Numbered from the stretch's first letter, positions 52,667-62,650 are shown. The stretch is 64,000 nt of DNA from an uncultured Chloroflexia bacterium (GCA_963774265.1 CAVZDU010000007.1:352001-416000); one strand, 5' to 3'. The notes: generated by a model not told the origin, from the sequence alone. Program-made: numbers and translations.

Positions 52667-53324
52667 TTAGCCTCGGCTGGCTTCGGCGGTGCCGTAGCGG
52701 TGTTGGTAGCGGTCATAGTTGGCCGCGATCTCTTCGGCCGGCAACGATTCCACCTGGCCCACCTGCATGGCCAACCACACCGTCTTCGCAATATCCTCGA
52801 CCATCACCGCGGACTTGAGCGCCTTCTCCACGGTGGCGCCGATCGCAAAGACCCCGTGCTGCCTCATCAAAACCGCCGTCGAAGCGCCGATGTGCGCGAG
52901 CGCGGTTTCGCCGATCCCTGTGCCGCCGATGCGAGCGTAGGGTGCGCAGGGGATTTCTACGCCAAATTCGTCCGCGATGGCCGTCAGGCACACTGGGATC
53001 GACTTGCCTACGGCCGCGAATGCGGTGGCATAGTTGGAATGCGTGTGGATGACGCCGTTTACGTCGGGCCGGCCCCGGTAGACGGCGCAGTGCGAGTGGG
53101 TGTCTGTGGACGCGCCGAGCGTCCCTTCTACAACCCGGCCTTCGATATCGACAATGACCATGTTGGCAGGCGTGAGTTCCTCGAACAGGACGCCTGACGG
53201 TTTGATGACGACCAGGCCGCTCTCGGGGTCACGTGCGGACGCGTTGCCCGCGGTCCACGTGACCAGGTTGTACTTTGGCAACGCCATGTTGGCGCGAAAC
53301 GCGTTCGCGGAGGTTTTCAAGCAT
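52667..53324 (-). CDS. araD: L-ribulose-5-phosphate 4-epimerase (class II aldolase); frameshift near the 5' end
   Basis: WTAGNASARD, IKPSG, STDTHSH, HTHS, QHGVF. The ATG at 53324 gives MLENLRERV in an adjacent frame. Confidence 0.88.
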
Positions 53325-53385
53325 CTTGGAGCCCCTATCGACAGAGTGTTGATTGCCCGAAATAGATGGCTTGCCATCTACTTGC

Positions 53386-54678
53386 TTAGTAGTAAGTCTG
53401 CAGGAATGTCTGGCCGAGAGCGATGCAGCCCTGGCGGTTGGCGCACTTGTCCGCAGTTGGCTCGACGTACAGGTCCCAGTTGTGCGAGCCGCCGTTGGGA
53501 AGCTGCGCAGCGACGCGGTAGCGCCCCACCCCTTGAAGTTCGAACTGATACCGCCCCGCCTTATCGCCCACTTTGCCCTCGACGCGGAAATTCTTGTCGT
53601 TGACCTGCACCGTGATATATCGTCCGATATGGTTCTCGATCACCAGCCACGCGAGGTTATTGTTTGTCGGCTGCTTGGGCGCGGGGGGTGGCGTCGGCGC
53701 GACCGCCACAGCCATCTGGGCGAAGTCGATCGACATTCCGAGATACTGCGTGCTGGCCCACGCCTCGCGTATCTTCGGCAAATTAAGCTTGGCCCATTTG
53801 CTGTCCTTGCTGCGACCCACGATGTCGACGCCGTCGCCCTTCTTCAGCGAGCCGACGATCGGGTAGTTTGTCCCCGGACCTGACCGCACATTAAGCGTAA
53901 CGGACGTGACGACGGCATCGGCAGCCGGCTGCGGCGTCGCAGTGGGCGTGGAGCGGCTGATGCTCTTCCGCCCCGGAATCGACGCCGGTTTGTTCCAAAG
54001 TCTGAAGTTATCGAAAGTGACCTCCAGTCCACCGTCCTTGTTCGTCCCAGCGATCAGGGCGATTTCGCCCTCTGTGAAGCTGCGATCCTGCACTCGCTTC
54101 AGCTCCTCATCGTTGGCCAGCACCACGATCTCCCTGCCGTTAGCAGCCACAGCCAGGCGGTTCTCGGCGCCTTCGCCCGCGTTCAGTGCGCCGGTTTCCG
54201 TCCAGTCAACCAGGCGGTCCAGCTCGCCGTCGATGTAGGCCAGCACCGCGAAGTAGCCCTCTGCGTCGGCCAGGAAGGCATAGAAATTGTCCGCGTCGGT
54301 ATAGCGGAAGATCATGCCCATCATGCCATCGGCAGGACCGTCGATGTGGGTGGCGAGGATCTCAACGTAGAAGTCTTTGAAGGCATCATCACTGTCGAGT
54401 GTCACCCAGCGGAACAATTCCCCCTCAGGCACCTGCACAGTCAAGCGCCCGCGGTTGATGAAGCTGAGCGCCTCGCTTCCGCTTTCGACATTCCACTGTC
54501 CCGAGTCTCGGCTGAAGTTGTCTTCGAGCGCCGGGTTGCCTTCGCGCCATTGGGACACGTCGGCGCCTTGCGCGGCGGCAAACCCAGGCTGCATGAATAG
54601 GACGAGGAACAACAGCGCGACGCAGCGCGCCGGGGGGATGGAATGACGACGCAACATATGCGGTTTCTCCTCAGGCAA
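53386..54678 (-). CDS. Secreted protein with a lectin/DUF1080-like beta-sandwich and an SH3b domain
   Basis: Signal peptide, VTFDNFRLW, Pro/Thr linker, LNVRSGPGTNYPIVG. Confidence 0.8.
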   Translation of the reverse strand: MPEEKPHMLRRHSIPPARCVALLFLVLFMQPGFAAAQGADVSQWREGNPALEDNFSRDSGQWNVESGSEALSFINRGRLTVQVPEGELFRWVTLDSDDAFKDFYVEILATHIDGPADGMMGMIFRYTDADNFYAFLADAEGYFAVLAYIDGELDRLVDWTETGALNAGEGAENRLAVAANGREIVVLANDEELKRVQDRSFTEGEIALIAGTNKDGGLEVTFDNFRLWNKPASIPGRKSISRSTPTATPQPAADAVVTSVTLNVRSGPGTNYPIVGSLKKGDGVDIVGRSKDSKWAKLNLPKIREAWASTQYLGMSIDFAQMAVAVAPTPPPAPKQPTNNNLAWLVIENHIGRYITVQVNDKNFRVEGKVGDKAGRYQFELQGVGRYRVAAQLPNGGSHNWDLYVEPTADKCANRQGCIALGQTFLQTYY

Positions 54679-54799
54679 CGCGTTGGGCTTGGAGTGCGGC
54701 CACTTCAGCCGAGGTGCGCTCAGGCGAGGGAGACTGAATGGTCAGTGTCAGGTGATGCATCGTTGCAGCTCCCGAGAAAGGTTAATGTCAGTCTACCAC

Positions 54800-55123
54800 G
54801 GAAAGGGTTGAATCACAAGCGGTTTCACGCAGGAGATAGTCGACAGGCCAGATGCATTCCAGATTGTCGAGCCGCTCGAAGTCAGTTGGGAAATTTGCAT
54901 AGGGTCATAGCGGAAGGGCAACTTCCAGGTCCGGTATCGCGCGGACGCCGATACCTCCAGCGGCGACAAGACCATCAATTTCGGCGATTTGTTAGGTCCG
55001 ACTGCCGTGAGTCTCTCCTCGTTGAGCGCGGTCGCCGAAGCCAATTCAGGGTCGCTGGCCGCGTGGGCGGCAGCGATGTTACTGGCTGCCGCGGGGTTGT
55101 TCGTGTGGAGATGGCGCGCGTAG
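54800..55123 (+). pseudogene. 3' remnant of a surface protein with a PTAV-type C-terminal anchor
   Basis: Manual translation ...INFGDLLGPTAVSLSSLSA...AAWAAAMLLAAAGLFVWRWRA*, with in-frame stops upstream. Confidence 0.6.
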
Positions 55124-55222
55124 ACGCACCGCCAGTCGGGTTTGAGGTGGAGGGGCCGCGCACGCAGCGCGGCCCCTCCTGTGTGCGGGTTATACGCGGG
55201 CGGTGGGTTCCGCCGCGGATCC

Positions 55223-55606
55223 TCAACCCAGGCGCCGTGTCTTCACGAAGTCGACCAGAATGTCGAGCATCTGCTTACGATAGGCCACAGCCTCCATAAC
55301 GTGGCGCTCATGCAGATCGTACACTGCCTGCGGCACGCGCAGCTCACCGGCTTCGAGCAGGATCGGAACAACGACGTACCGGTCGCCGTCGATGCTGATC
55401 TCAGTGCGAGCGATCTCGGCTTTTTCCGCCGTGATCTGAATGCCTGCGGACCCGTTGACGACTTGCACGTTGGTGGACACGGTCAGTTTGCTGCCGTCTG
55501 CGATCTGATCGGCAATGGCCTGCAGTGCACTGCGGATCGACAGCTCAGGGCTGGGATTGATCTTGTTGACGGTCGACGGGGTTTCGGCTTCTCTATTCTC
55601 TGGCAT
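55223..55606 (-). CDS. Hypothetical protein (paralog of 56428-56997)
   Basis: GGAGG RBS; LTVST..ARTEISIDGDRYVVVP..LHERHVMEAVAYRKQML. Confidence 0.75.
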   Translation of the reverse strand: MPENREAETPSTVNKINPSPELSIRSALQAIADQIADGSKLTVSTNVQVVNGSAGIQITAEKAEIARTEISIDGDRYVVVPILLEAGELRVPQAVYDLHERHVMEAVAYRKQMLDILVDFVKTRRLG

Positions 55607-55628
55607 TTTGGCAAACCTCCTGGAAGTT

Positions 55629-56426
55629 TCAGGCGAGGGCTGGCAGCGCCCGGAGCGCCTGCATTTGGTCGATGATCTGGCGAACGAAGCGATAGGCCGC
55701 GGGCAGCGCAAGAAGCGGCGTGGCGGCAAACAGGACGGCAAGCTGAATGGCGCCGCGCACCACGGTCAACGCAAGGCGGAGCCACGCGTCACGCGTGCGC
55801 AGGGCCAGGCTGACCGCGCGGATGTGCTGCCGCGCATCATCCGTGGACAGCCCAGACGCCCATGCCGTGCGCATGTCGCCTGTCCACGACACGCGCGTGA
55901 GCGCGGCCCGCGCGTCGCCGAGGCTTGTTTCAACAACGGTGAAGTCACGCACTGCCTCACGAACCTTGGCGAAGAAGGCTTCGGTCCTTTCAACGGCTTG
56001 CTGGAAGGCCGGCACTGCGGCGAGATCGTCCATCGGCTGACCGGGACGCTCCCGCAAGTCAAGATCGCCCGCGGATTGACTCATGGCGGACCAGGATGCG
56101 AGCTCCAGCTCCGGCGCCTCCAGCCCGGGCGCGATCGCTGGCGATGGGCCGCCTGCTGCTGCGAAGGCCCTGAGCCGGTTCTCAGCCTGCGGCAGGGCGG
56201 ATTCGGCGACGGCAAGGCGTGCTTCGGCCAGGTCCAGGGCCTGGTCTGCTGCGCTCCGGTCTTTGGGGAGCGCAATCAGCCACAGATTCACGTCGCCAGG
56301 TGCGTCGGCTGCGGCGGGGCCAACGCCGGTGCTCTCCAGGCCGGCGTCGCCTGGCGCAGCAGGGGACGCCGGCTGCCACACCCCCAGCTCGTCCTCCGCA
56401 ACGGCAGGCCCGATGAATGCGGCCAT
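55629..56426 (-). CDS. Hypothetical protein with a C-terminal hydrophobic hairpin
   Basis: Tightly coupled to both neighbours; ALTRVSWTGD..HIRAVSLALRTR echoes the motif in the neighbouring proteins. Confidence 0.7.
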   Translation of the reverse strand: MAAFIGPAVAEDELGVWQPASPAAPGDAGLESTGVGPAAADAPGDVNLWLIALPKDRSAADQALDLAEARLAVAESALPQAENRLRAFAAAGGPSPAIAPGLEAPELELASWSAMSQSAGDLDLRERPGQPMDDLAAVPAFQQAVERTEAFFAKVREAVRDFTVVETSLGDARAALTRVSWTGDMRTAWASGLSTDDARQHIRAVSLALRTRDAWLRLALTVVRGAIQLAVLFAATPLLALPAAYRFVRQIIDQMQALRALPALA

Positions 56427-56427
56427 A

Positions 56428-56997
56428 TCACTTGATGGTCGGGATGAAGCCGGCGATCAGCTCACCGACTGTCCTGAGCATCGCCTGGCGATGCGCCTGC
56501 GCCTGCTCGACAGTCTGAGAGTGAATCTGCCACAGCGCCTCGTCGATCTGCCCTGCGTCGACTGGCACGACGACCAGCGTGTCTCCGTCGAGTTTGATGT
56601 ACGTCATGGCGCGCGGCTGGGCGTGCGTGAAGCCCATTACGGCATCCGGGCGGACGTCCTCGATGCGCTCGGAGACGAAGGTGCGCACCTCGAGCGTCGT
56701 GACGTCATTCGCGAAGTCGATGAGCTTGTCGCCGAGCGTTTCGAGGGCCGACTTGAGTTTGTCCGTCACCTGTTTGAAGGGGCTGACCGTTGGCTCTTCC
56801 GTGCTCGTGCCCCCGAAGATGCTGAAGGCCTCAGGCGTGAAGGTTTCCAGGGCCGTCAGGTTTGACATCGCCTGGGTCGGGATGACCGTGATGGTGACGT
56901 GCCCCTGGGGACTGACCTGCACAGTCACAGGGCCCGCAGACGTGCTGGCTGGGGGAGCGATTTCCGCGCTGCCGGTGGATGGATCGGCTTCAGGCAT
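56428..56997 (-). CDS. Hypothetical protein (paralog of 55223-55606)
   Basis: LEVRT..AMTYIKLDGDTLVVVP..IHSQTVEQAQAHRQAML; GGGAG RBS. Confidence 0.75.
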   Translation of the reverse strand: MPEADPSTGSAEIAPPASTSAGPVTVQVSPQGHVTITVIPTQAMSNLTALETFTPEAFSIFGGTSTEEPTVSPFKQVTDKLKSALETLGDKLIDFANDVTTLEVRTFVSERIEDVRPDAVMGFTHAQPRAMTYIKLDGDTLVVVPVDAGQIDEALWQIHSQTVEQAQAHRQAMLRTVGELIAGFIPTIK

Positions 56998-57029
56998 GGC
57001 ATTCTCCCTGCGAGTAGGATGTGAGAGCA

Positions 57030-57103
57030 ATTATAGCACAAATGGCGCGCCGGGGTTCCTGTCAAGATCAACAGTTGACACCCTACCTGCCCTGTGCTAT
57101 TTT
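57030..57103. promoter_or_regulatory. Divergent sigma70 promoters
   Basis: Minus strand: extended -10 TGCTATAAT at 57030-57038. Plus strand: TTGACA(57075)-N17-TATTTT with TG extension. Confidence 0.65.
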
Positions 57104-57169
57104 ATCGTCGACGAAGGAGTTTCGTCCCCGTCACCCCGGAATCCACATCAGAGTCTTCAAGGAGGAAGC

Positions 57170-58207
57170 ATGAACCGCAAAGTCCAGACGCTCGTCTCGC
57201 TACTTTTTATCTTTGCTGTACTGCTGGCAGGCTGCGGTCCCGCAGCCGCACCGGCCAGCAAGGAAGTGAATGTGCTGTGCACCCCCCAGGAGGAGTGGTG
57301 CCAGGGCATGAAGCAGGAGTTCGAGGCCAAGTACGGCGTCACGGTCAACTACGTCCGCATGTCGAGCGGCGAGGCATTGGCCCGCGTCCGTGCCGAGAAG
57401 GAGAACCCGCAATTCGACATCTGGTGGGGTGGCCCCATGGACAGCTTCGTGGCTGCGAAGCAGGAGGGGTTGCTTGAGCCATACAACTCTCCCAGCTACG
57501 CGAATCTGCTCGACCAGGCCAAATACAAGGATGTTGATAACCAATACGCCGGCATCTACGTGGGAAGCCTCGCCTTCTGCACCAACAAGGACTGGCTCGC
57601 CAAGAACCCCGGCATGAGCGCGCCCAAGTCATGGGACGACCTGCTGAAGCCCGAGTTCAAGGGCCAGGTCATCGTGGCACACCCGTCGACCTCCGGCACC
57701 TCCTACACCGCGCTGGCCACCATTCTCCAGATCCGCGGCGAAACAGCGGGCTGGGAATACATCAAGAAATACGCGGGCCAGATCTCGCAGTACACCAAGA
57801 GCGGTGCAGCCCCCGCGAAATTCGTTGGCCAGGGTGAGGCGGTCGTGGGGATCGTCTTCTCGCACGACATCGTGAACGAGATTGACAACAATAAGATGCC
57901 CCTTGTGCTCACTTTCCCCGAGGAAGGCACGGGCTATGAGATCGGCGCGATGGGCATTATCAAGGGCGCCAAGCACATGGACCTCGCCAAGAAGTGGTTT
58001 GACTGGGCGTTGACCGCCGAGGCTCAGAAGCTGGGCCCGAAGTACAAGGCGTACCAGGCGCCGACCGTGAAGGGCGTCGAGCTCTCTCATCCCGAGCTGC
58101 TCCAGGTCAAGTTGATTAACTATGACTTCCAGTGGGCCGGTACGAACAAGAAAGCCTTCGTCGACAAGTTCACCAACGAGATCGCCGCGGCCGACCAACT
58201 TAAGTAA
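57170..58207 (+). CDS. AfuA/FbpA-family ABC substrate-binding lipoprotein
   Basis: AGGAGG RBS, lipobox LAGC, RMSSGE, DIWWGG, PSTSGT, FSHD, EGTGYEIG. Confidence 0.92.
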   Translation: MNRKVQTLVSLLFIFAVLLAGCGPAAAPASKEVNVLCTPQEEWCQGMKQEFEAKYGVTVNYVRMSSGEALARVRAEKENPQFDIWWGGPMDSFVAAKQEGLLEPYNSPSYANLLDQAKYKDVDNQYAGIYVGSLAFCTNKDWLAKNPGMSAPKSWDDLLKPEFKGQVIVAHPSTSGTSYTALATILQIRGETAGWEYIKKYAGQISQYTKSGAAPAKFVGQGEAVVGIVFSHDIVNEIDNNKMPLVLTFPEEGTGYEIGAMGIIKGAKHMDLAKKWFDWALTAEAQKLGPKYKAYQAPTVKGVELSHPELLQVKLINYDFQWAGTNKKAFVDKFTNEIAAADQLK

Positions 58208-58305
58208 TAGATTTCAAGATACGGAAGGAAGAAGGAAGAGTGAAGATCTTCCTTCTTCCTTTTGGCATTTTCCTTTTCGCCAGACTCCCCGGATCGAGGC
58301 TTTCC

Positions 58306-60621
58306 ATGGCGATATCCATGCCCGGCTCCCAAGACCGCAGGGAGATGGAACGCAGCTTGCGTGCGACGATGGTGAGGCGCTACCGGGAGTTCGCATTGAT
58401 TGCCCACGATCCCGTGCTTCTCATCAGCCTCCTCTACTGCGGCCTCTTCCTTTTCGTGTTTGTCGTCTTTCCTCTTTTTCGCGGCACAGCCAATGGTTTT
58501 CTGGACCCTGATCAATCGGGTCCATGGTTCACGCGGCTGAGTTTCAAATACATCGCCCGTTTCTTTGACTCGTACTACGGGCCGTACTCGCGTCAGGTCT
58601 TCGGAAATACGCTCGTCATGGGGCTTCTGACAGCAACTGGCGGCACCATTCTGGGTTTCATCTTCGCCTACACCATGGTCCGCTGCAATGCGCCGGGCAG
58701 CCGGATCATTCACGTGCTGGCTCTCGTGCCTACCGTGTCTCCCCCATTCGCCCTGGCCCTGAGTACGATTTTGCTCTTTGGCCGCAACGGGCTGGTTACA
58801 GCAAAACTACTCGGCATCGAATTCGTCCCGGGCATGAACGATATCTATGGTATGGATGGCCTGGTGCTGGTCCAGATCATCACGTTTTTCTCCGTTGCCT
58901 ATCTGATCATACGTGCGATGCTCGAACGGCTCGATCCCAGCATGGAGGAAGCTGCGCACAGCCTCGGCGCGGGAAAGCTGCACATTTTTCGCACCGTCAC
59001 ACTTCCACTGCTGATCCCAGGCATCGCAGGGTCATTTCTGCTTCTTTTCGTGGAGTCACTCGCTGACCTCGGCAACCCGCTCTTTATCTCAGGCAACGTC
59101 ACTGTTCTGTCGGCGCAGATCTTTCTGGCGGTCGCGGGGGAGTATGACTACCAGAAGGCGTCGGCCCTGGCGTTCGTCCTGCTCATCCCGACCCTGGCGG
59201 TCTTCCTCGTTCAGCGTTACTACGTCAGCCGGCGCTCTTACGTCTCCGTGACCGGCAAGCCGACCGGCGGCCACATCACTGTGCGTGAGCCATGGATCCG
59301 GTGGCCGTTCATCACGATCGCATATCTCACCTGTCTATTGGTGGTGATCCTCTATGCCGCCATCTTCTACGGGTCGTTTGCCAGCGCGTGGGGAGTTGAC
59401 TATACGCCCACGTTGTATTGGTGGAAGTTGATGGCCGCGCGCGGGGTCGAGTCGATCCTCGATACGACTTTCCTGAGCGCATTCGCGACGCCACTCGCCG
59501 CGCTCACCGGCATGATCATCGCCTTTCTCGTGGTGCGTAAGAAGTTCTCGGGCAAGGATGCGCTGGATTTCGTCTCCAACCTGGGCGGCGCTGTACCCGG
59601 CACGATCCTGGGTATCGGCTTCGTCCTGGCCTTTTCGACCGTGCCAACCTTTGTGGTCGGGCTGCTCTATGTCATGCTTGCGGTGTTTCTCGCCCGTCAG
59701 GCATTACCCGATAGACGGTCGCATTTCATCGTCGTGGCAGCAGGGAGCGCGGTCGGCCTGGGCCTGGCCCAACTGACCCGGTTCCTGGGCGAATCCGGCC
59801 CCTACTACCTCATCGGGGCTTTGTACCTTGTGTTCGGAGGACTGGCCTGGCTACGCGGGCGGTCCAGTGCAAAGCCTGCGCGATCGACTTTGGTGCTCGC
59901 AATGGGCGCATACGTGCTGATGGGTGGCCTGATCGAGTTCGTCGCACAGCCCATCGCGGTCCTGAGCCGTTCGATCCCCCCAGGTTTTTGGGCCAACTTC
60001 CTGTTCCAGTTTTCCGATTATCTGAAGGTCTTCTTCCAGACGCCGCTGCCCCTGGCGGCGATCGTGTTTGCGTTCCTTTCCTTGTTGATCATTGAGAGGG
60101 AGACCGGCAGATCTCGCATGGTCATCACCGGACTCCTCATCAGTCTGGTGGCAGCGCTCTGTTTCGCAGGCCAGCCGCTGGCGCTGATCGGCACGCCGTA
60201 CATCATTCTGGCGGCTTTCGCTGTACGCAGCCTGCCCGCTTCAGTGCGCGCCGGCGTGGCTGCGCTGCAGCAGATCGACCCATCCATTGAAGAGGCGTCG
60301 GGGATGCTGGGGGCAGACGCGCAGTACACCTTCCGCAAGGTGACGCTGCCGCTGATCCTGCCCGCGCTGCTCGCGGGCCTGATCTTTGCCTTCACCCGGC
60401 ATATGACCAGCCTGTCGGCGATCATCTTCCTGATCAGTGCGCGCTGGCGCATCGTGACCGCGTCGATCCTCAGTGAATGGGAGCAAGGCGGCATCAGTAT
60501 TGCCGCGGCGTATTCGACCGTGATTATCGTGTTGGTTCTGATCGCAATCGGCTTTCTGTACTATATCACCCGGCGAGTCCTGAAGGGTCGCGGCGACGTG
60601 GATCTGACGTTGGGAGCTTAG
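58306..60621 (+). CDS. AfuB/FbpB-family ABC permease (unusually long)
   Basis: Two EAA loops (MEEAAHSLGA, IEEASGMLGA), SPPF, DLGNP, PGTILGIG. Confidence 0.92.
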   Translation: MAISMPGSQDRREMERSLRATMVRRYREFALIAHDPVLLISLLYCGLFLFVFVVFPLFRGTANGFLDPDQSGPWFTRLSFKYIARFFDSYYGPYSRQVFGNTLVMGLLTATGGTILGFIFAYTMVRCNAPGSRIIHVLALVPTVSPPFALALSTILLFGRNGLVTAKLLGIEFVPGMNDIYGMDGLVLVQIITFFSVAYLIIRAMLERLDPSMEEAAHSLGAGKLHIFRTVTLPLLIPGIAGSFLLLFVESLADLGNPLFISGNVTVLSAQIFLAVAGEYDYQKASALAFVLLIPTLAVFLVQRYYVSRRSYVSVTGKPTGGHITVREPWIRWPFITIAYLTCLLVVILYAAIFYGSFASAWGVDYTPTLYWWKLMAARGVESILDTTFLSAFATPLAALTGMIIAFLVVRKKFSGKDALDFVSNLGGAVPGTILGIGFVLAFSTVPTFVVGLLYVMLAVFLARQALPDRRSHFIVVAAGSAVGLGLAQLTRFLGESGPYYLIGALYLVFGGLAWLRGRSSAKPARSTLVLAMGAYVLMGGLIEFVAQPIAVLSRSIPPGFWANFLFQFSDYLKVFFQTPLPLAAIVFAFLSLLIIERETGRSRMVITGLLISLVAALCFAGQPLALIGTPYIILAAFAVRSLPASVRAGVAALQQIDPSIEEASGMLGADAQYTFRKVTLPLILPALLAGLIFAFTRHMTSLSAIIFLISARWRIVTASILSEWEQGGISIAAAYSTVIIVLVLIAIGFLYYITRRVLKGRGDVDLTLGA

Positions 60622-60631
60622 GAGTAAGTCC

Positions 60632-61726
60632 ATGTACCTGGTGCTGCAAGACCTGGTCAAAAAGTTCGCCAGCAAAGGCGGCGGCGCCGCTATAAGCGGC
60701 GTGGGCGAAGTCACGGCGGTGAACGGCGTCTCGCTCAACATCAACCAGGGCGACCTGGTGACGCTGCTCGGGCCATCGGGGTGCGGCAAAACTACAACGC
60801 TGCGCATGATCGCCGGTTTTGAGTTTCCCACGTCAGGTCAGATCCTGCTGGACGGCAAGGCGATTAACGATTTGCCCCCACATCGCCGCGACATGTCGAT
60901 GGTTTTCCAGAGCTACGCTATCTTTCCGCACCTCAGCGTGTTTGAGAACATCGCCTACGGCTTGAATGTGCAACGTCTCTCTCAGGAGGTGATCCGCCAG
61001 CGGGCGGGCCGGGTGATGGACCTGGTGGAGTTGACGGGCTACGAGAATCGCCAGCCGAATCAGCTTTCCGGTGGGCAGCAGCAGCGGGTTGCGCTTGCCC
61101 GGGCGCTTGTGATGGAACCCAAGGTCCTGCTCATGGACGAGCCGCTGTCGAACCTCGACGCCAAACTGCGCGAACAGATGCGCACGGAAATCCGCCGGAT
61201 TCAGAAGCGGCTGGGCATCACCAGCGTCTACGTGACGCACGACCAGGTGGAGGCCATGACCCTGTCAGATCAGGTCGTCGTGATGAACCAGGGCCAGATC
61301 GAGCAGACTGGCACCCCTCTGGAGGTGTACAGGCGGCCCGCCACGCGCTTTGTGGCTGATTTCATCGGCCGGGCGAACTTCGTCACAGCCATGGTGCGCG
61401 ACCAAAGCAACGGCACCTTGGTCATGGATGCGTTGGGCGCGGTCGTCAGCGTGCCCGCCCCGGCAGAAGGCATCCCGACCGGCGCGGTGGTGACCCTGGT
61501 CGTGCGGCCTGAGATGGTGGAGGTCGATACCGACCGGCCCCATGCGCAGGCGATCGTGCGCCGGGCCGCGTACCTGGGCAATGTCGTGGAGTACGATCTG
61601 GAGGTCGGGGATCATCTGTTGACAGTGGCCGAGCACGATCCGCGACATGCCCGGGTGCATGATGAAGGGGCCACCATACCGATTCGGTTGATCGAAGACT
61701 GCCTGTACGTGTTGCCAAATGAATGA
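60632..61726 (+). CDS. ABC ATP-binding protein (AfuC/PotA type)
   Basis: GPSGCGKT, LSGGQQQR, MDEPLSNLD, TOBE-like C-terminus. Confidence 0.95.
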   Translation: MYLVLQDLVKKFASKGGGAAISGVGEVTAVNGVSLNINQGDLVTLLGPSGCGKTTTLRMIAGFEFPTSGQILLDGKAINDLPPHRRDMSMVFQSYAIFPHLSVFENIAYGLNVQRLSQEVIRQRAGRVMDLVELTGYENRQPNQLSGGQQQRVALARALVMEPKVLLMDEPLSNLDAKLREQMRTEIRRIQKRLGITSVYVTHDQVEAMTLSDQVVVMNQGQIEQTGTPLEVYRRPATRFVADFIGRANFVTAMVRDQSNGTLVMDALGAVVSVPAPAEGIPTGAVVTLVVRPEMVEVDTDRPHAQAIVRRAAYLGNVVEYDLEVGDHLLTVAEHDPRHARVHDEGATIPIRLIEDCLYVLPNE

Positions 61727-62639
61727 GCGCGTCTGCGACCTGCTGATGGTGGGTCACTTCGCCGTGGACCGCTTGATCGTGGATGGGGTAACAACGACAT
61801 CTTCCGGGGGTGGGGTCTATTACGGCGCGATCGCGGCGCGACGGTTGGGCGCGGCCGTGGCGGTCGCCACCCGCTTGCGCGCCGACGACTTCGAGCGGCT
61901 GGAGGAACTCCGTTCCGAGGGCATCCCGGTGTTCGCGACGCCTGCGGAAGAGACCTCAGGCATCGCCAACTACTACGACTCGGCCGACATGGAGCGCCGC
62001 ATCTGCATTCCAATCGGCTTCGCGGGCGCCATCCGGGCCGCTGACCTGCCGATCGATTGGGCGCATGCGCCGGGTTCGTCCGATGATGAGGGCATGCGCG
62101 CCGCCATCTACGTCATCTCGCCCATCATTGCCGGCGAGGTGGAGCTGTCATTGTTGGCGCGCCTGGCATCGCGCGGCCCCGTCGCAATGGACGTACAGGG
62201 GTTCGTGCGAGTGCGCGTCGGCAATGAGCTCCACTTCCGCACCTCACCGCAGCTTGACGAGACATTGCACCATGTGACCTATCTCAAGGTGGACCGTGCG
62301 GAAGCCGAGGCGCTGACCGGCGAGAAAGACCTTTCCCGTGCCGCGCGTGTGTTGGCCGCACAGGGGCCGCGCGAGATCGTCCTGACCGAATCCGCGGGCG
62401 TGACGGTCTTCGCCGATGGCCAGATACACCGCGCGCCGTTCCGTCCGCGCTCCCTGACCGGGCGCACAGGCCGAGGCGACACCTGTTTTGCCACCTACCT
62501 GGCCATGCGCCTGTCGCACAGCGCTGCGGAGGCATGCGCCTGGGCCGGCGCAGTAACGACCTTGAAGCAGGAACAGCCTGGACCCTGGCGGGGCGCATTG
62601 GCCGACGTGGTAGCGCTCCTGGAAAGCAGCAAGAGTTGA
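61719..62639 (+). CDS. PfkB family carbohydrate kinase
   Basis: GHFAVD, GGGVYY, MDVQGFVR, GRTGRGDT anion-hole motif. Confidence 0.88.
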   Translation: MNERVCDLLMVGHFAVDRLIVDGVTTTSSGGGVYYGAIAARRLGAAVAVATRLRADDFERLEELRSEGIPVFATPAEETSGIANYYDSADMERRICIPIGFAGAIRAADLPIDWAHAPGSSDDEGMRAAIYVISPIIAGEVELSLLARLASRGPVAMDVQGFVRVRVGNELHFRTSPQLDETLHHVTYLKVDRAEAEALTGEKDLSRAARVLAAQGPREIVLTESAGVTVFADGQIHRAPFRPRSLTGRTGRGDTCFATYLAMRLSHSAAEACAWAGAVTTLKQEQPGPWRGALADVVALLESSKS

Positions 62640-62650
62640 GGCGCTCGACT

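Noticed and set aside
54800-54915. In-frame TGA/TAG in the PTAV remnant as Sec/Pyl recoding
   Set aside because: There are two different stop codons, no start or RBS, no Cys context and no adjacent hairpin; decay explains it better.
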